Origin: Haplodiscus bocki
Lineage: Eukaryota
Reading direction: 5' to 3'
Length of the DNA: 64,000 nt
NCBI GenBank assembly: GCA_965655095.1
Contig: OZ296651.1
Coordinates: forward strand, 30,256,001-30,320,000
A program made the translations under genes and the position numbers. This document shows positions 61,780-64,000 of this stretch, in pieces. Position 1 is the stretch's first letter. Each line of letters starts with the position of its first letter. Below the pieces are notes generated by a model. That model ran no database searches. It was not told the DNA's origin and saw only the letters and a program-made list of their open reading frames with translations.

Positions 61780-64000
61780 GAGAGATGAGCACTCCAGCGG
61801 GAAGGAAAGTTGCCAGATTGTCAGCTGTCCAATTGGAGTTGGAAGAGATGTGTTTTAACCTTCGTTTTGAACCCATCAAGTGAACACGCCTCACGAACCT
61901 CCAAAGGTAGTCGGTTGTACAATCGGGGGCCAGCCAAAGCAAAAGCTCCACGAGTATTATCTAGGCAAAATCTTTCGGCAGTAAGTAGTTTCGAAGATTG
62001 TGATCTGAGCCCCGATGAAGAGTACTTCAGTAATTCTGTCAGGTATTTTGGGGCTAATCCGTGTAAACATTTCCACAAGAGTAAACACACTTTGAAAGTA
62101 ATTCGATACGAAACTTTAAGCCAATGGAGTTGATGGAGAAATGGCGTTATGTGCAAATGCGTTGGCAGTCTGAAGATCAGTCTGGCACAACGATTCTGTA
62201 GTTTCTGAAGCTTGGTAATCTGAAAATCAGGAAAAGCGGAAAGACAACCATTGAAAAGATCGAGATGGAAGGTAATAAGAGAGTTAATCAAGGTTCGGGA
62301 TGTATGAATAGAAAGATAGTTTCGTATTTGCCATAGTTTTCCGAGAGTTAAATTGCAGCGTTGAATAACAGAGTCAATATGCTTAGATAGAAGAGTTTTG
62401 TCCTTGCTAAGAATAGAGCCTCATGTTTTCACAGATCTACCATCAGGAGAAGAAGGGTTTATGAAAAGAATTTAAATTTTCTCAGCATTCAGATCGAGCT
62501 GGAGACGTTTGAGAAAAGTTTTGATGTCTTGAAAGAGCAGGTTAATGTCACTAAGTTTGGATTCACAGTCATTAATGTCAATACAAAGATAAAGTTGGGT
62601 GTCGTCAGCGTAAAGATGATAAGGAATGTTCAGGCAGTCGAGATAGAAAAAAACAGAAATTGTCTAAATAGTAAACAGAATTTGGCACAAGGTAGAACCT
62701 TGTGGGACACCACACAACACAATGCGATTACGAGAGCGACAGTTGTTTACCTTAATACATTCTTTACGATTGCACAACTAAGACGAACACCAGTTCAAAA
62801 CCATTTCCTCATAGACCAAATTGCTTCAGTGTTCTGATCAAAACGATGTGCGATACAGTAACAAAAGCAGCGGTGGGATCCAGTAATAACAAATTTGCAG
62901 CTTTACGTTTATCCAAAACAAACAAAATATCATTGTGTATTCTGGTAATTGTTTCAATAGTGTGATTTTTTCGGAAGCCTGATTGAAATTTCGGTAGGAG
63001 GTTGTTCACAGTCAGGTAATTTACAAGTTGAGCAGCGACGATTTTTTCAAACTGTTTCGGAATGAAAAAAGGTGGGATATAGGACGATATTCTGCCAGAT
63101 ATTCAGGATCAGCATTTGGTTTTTTCAACAGAGGGACAACAGTTGCTTGTTTGAGGAGAGACGGGAAAACACCAGAAGACAGACTAGTTTTAATTATAAG
63201 AAGAAGGAACGGAATGATTGCAGAGAGAAAAATTTGATTGCCAAAATGTTTGGTTGGGACAACATCGGCGTCAGTTTCAGTTAAGTTCAGTGAGCTAATA
63301 GTTTTTCTAGACCATCCGCAGTAAGTTGGAAAAATTCGAAAACAGATCTAGCAGCAGGAAATTCAATGAGTGTGTTGCGGTCAGGAGGAAAAGAAGCAGT
63401 TTTTGAAGAAATCTTAGACTCGAAGAAATCAATGAAGCGGTTAGACAATTCTTTAGCACATGAGAAAGATGGAAGCTTGTAATTTACTTGGCGACGATGT
63501 AAAAGCGTATTCGAGGCGTCGAAGAGTTGTTTCGTAGGACTACAAGAAGATAGGGGAAGAACAGTACAAAAGAGACGATGTTTGCTTTGAAGAGCAGAGT
63601 GGTACAATGTACGAGCAGAAAGGTAGGCGAACAGAGATACGTCCGTGCGGTTCTTGAGAAATGCATGTTCAGCTTTACGACAAATTCAGCTTTACGACGA
63701 GATGTACGAAGTGACTTGAGTTCAGCATCAAACCAAGGAGCAGACAGTGAGCGAGATTTTACAACGCGACGAGGGCAATGAAGGTCAAGATAGGTAGCAC
63801 CAGAGTCCTTCAAGTCACGATATAAGGAAGACACGTCATCAGACGCAGGAACAAAGTTGCTAATGAAACTACACCAGTTATCAAAGTTGAACGAACGCGT
63901 GGATCTAATGCATTTTAAGAAATATTTAGGGCTTTTGTCGACTAACAGAAGGGTAGTAAACTTGATAGGAACGTGGTCTACAACAGAGTCACATTCAGGA
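61780..64000 (-). mobile_element. L2-clade LINE ORF2, decayed, running off the window end
   Basis: PWFDAEL, FQSGFRKNH, LYADDTQLY (~62590-62615) and KLQKLQNRCARLI..HITPFLHQLHWL..RITFK..LHGLAPKYL. Confidence 0.9.

Overview
AT-rich, repeat-dense eukaryotic (animal, invertebrate-type) DNA. The window is spanned on the minus strand by a Cys-loop anion-channel subunit gene (GABA-A/RDL/glycine receptor family). Its coding exons splice in phase: signal-peptide exon 46467-46647, then 24440-24808, 19898-20064, 17298-17457 and 11882-12255. The TM4 exon was not found. The introns hold several non-LTR retrotransposons (CRE, CR1-group, L2), a hAT element with an 8-bp TSD, and a Mutator element with a 9-bp TSD nested in a foldback MITE. 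A PHD-APE-RT retrotransposon lies at the window start. The standout is an ~11.7-kb decayed Ty3/Gypsy provirus (34482-46217, minus). It has a class I fusion env, a TARG1/OARD1-type macrodomain in the pol frame behind integrase, an antisense JmjC oxygenase gene and small packed accessory ORFs. This is a candidate retrovirus-like element with ADP-ribose-eraser and JmjC counter-defence cargo. Next to it, a ~3.4-kb tandem triplication has made three intact copies of the receptor's signal-peptide exon and split a LINE. All calls come from manual reading and motif recognition; no database searches were run.
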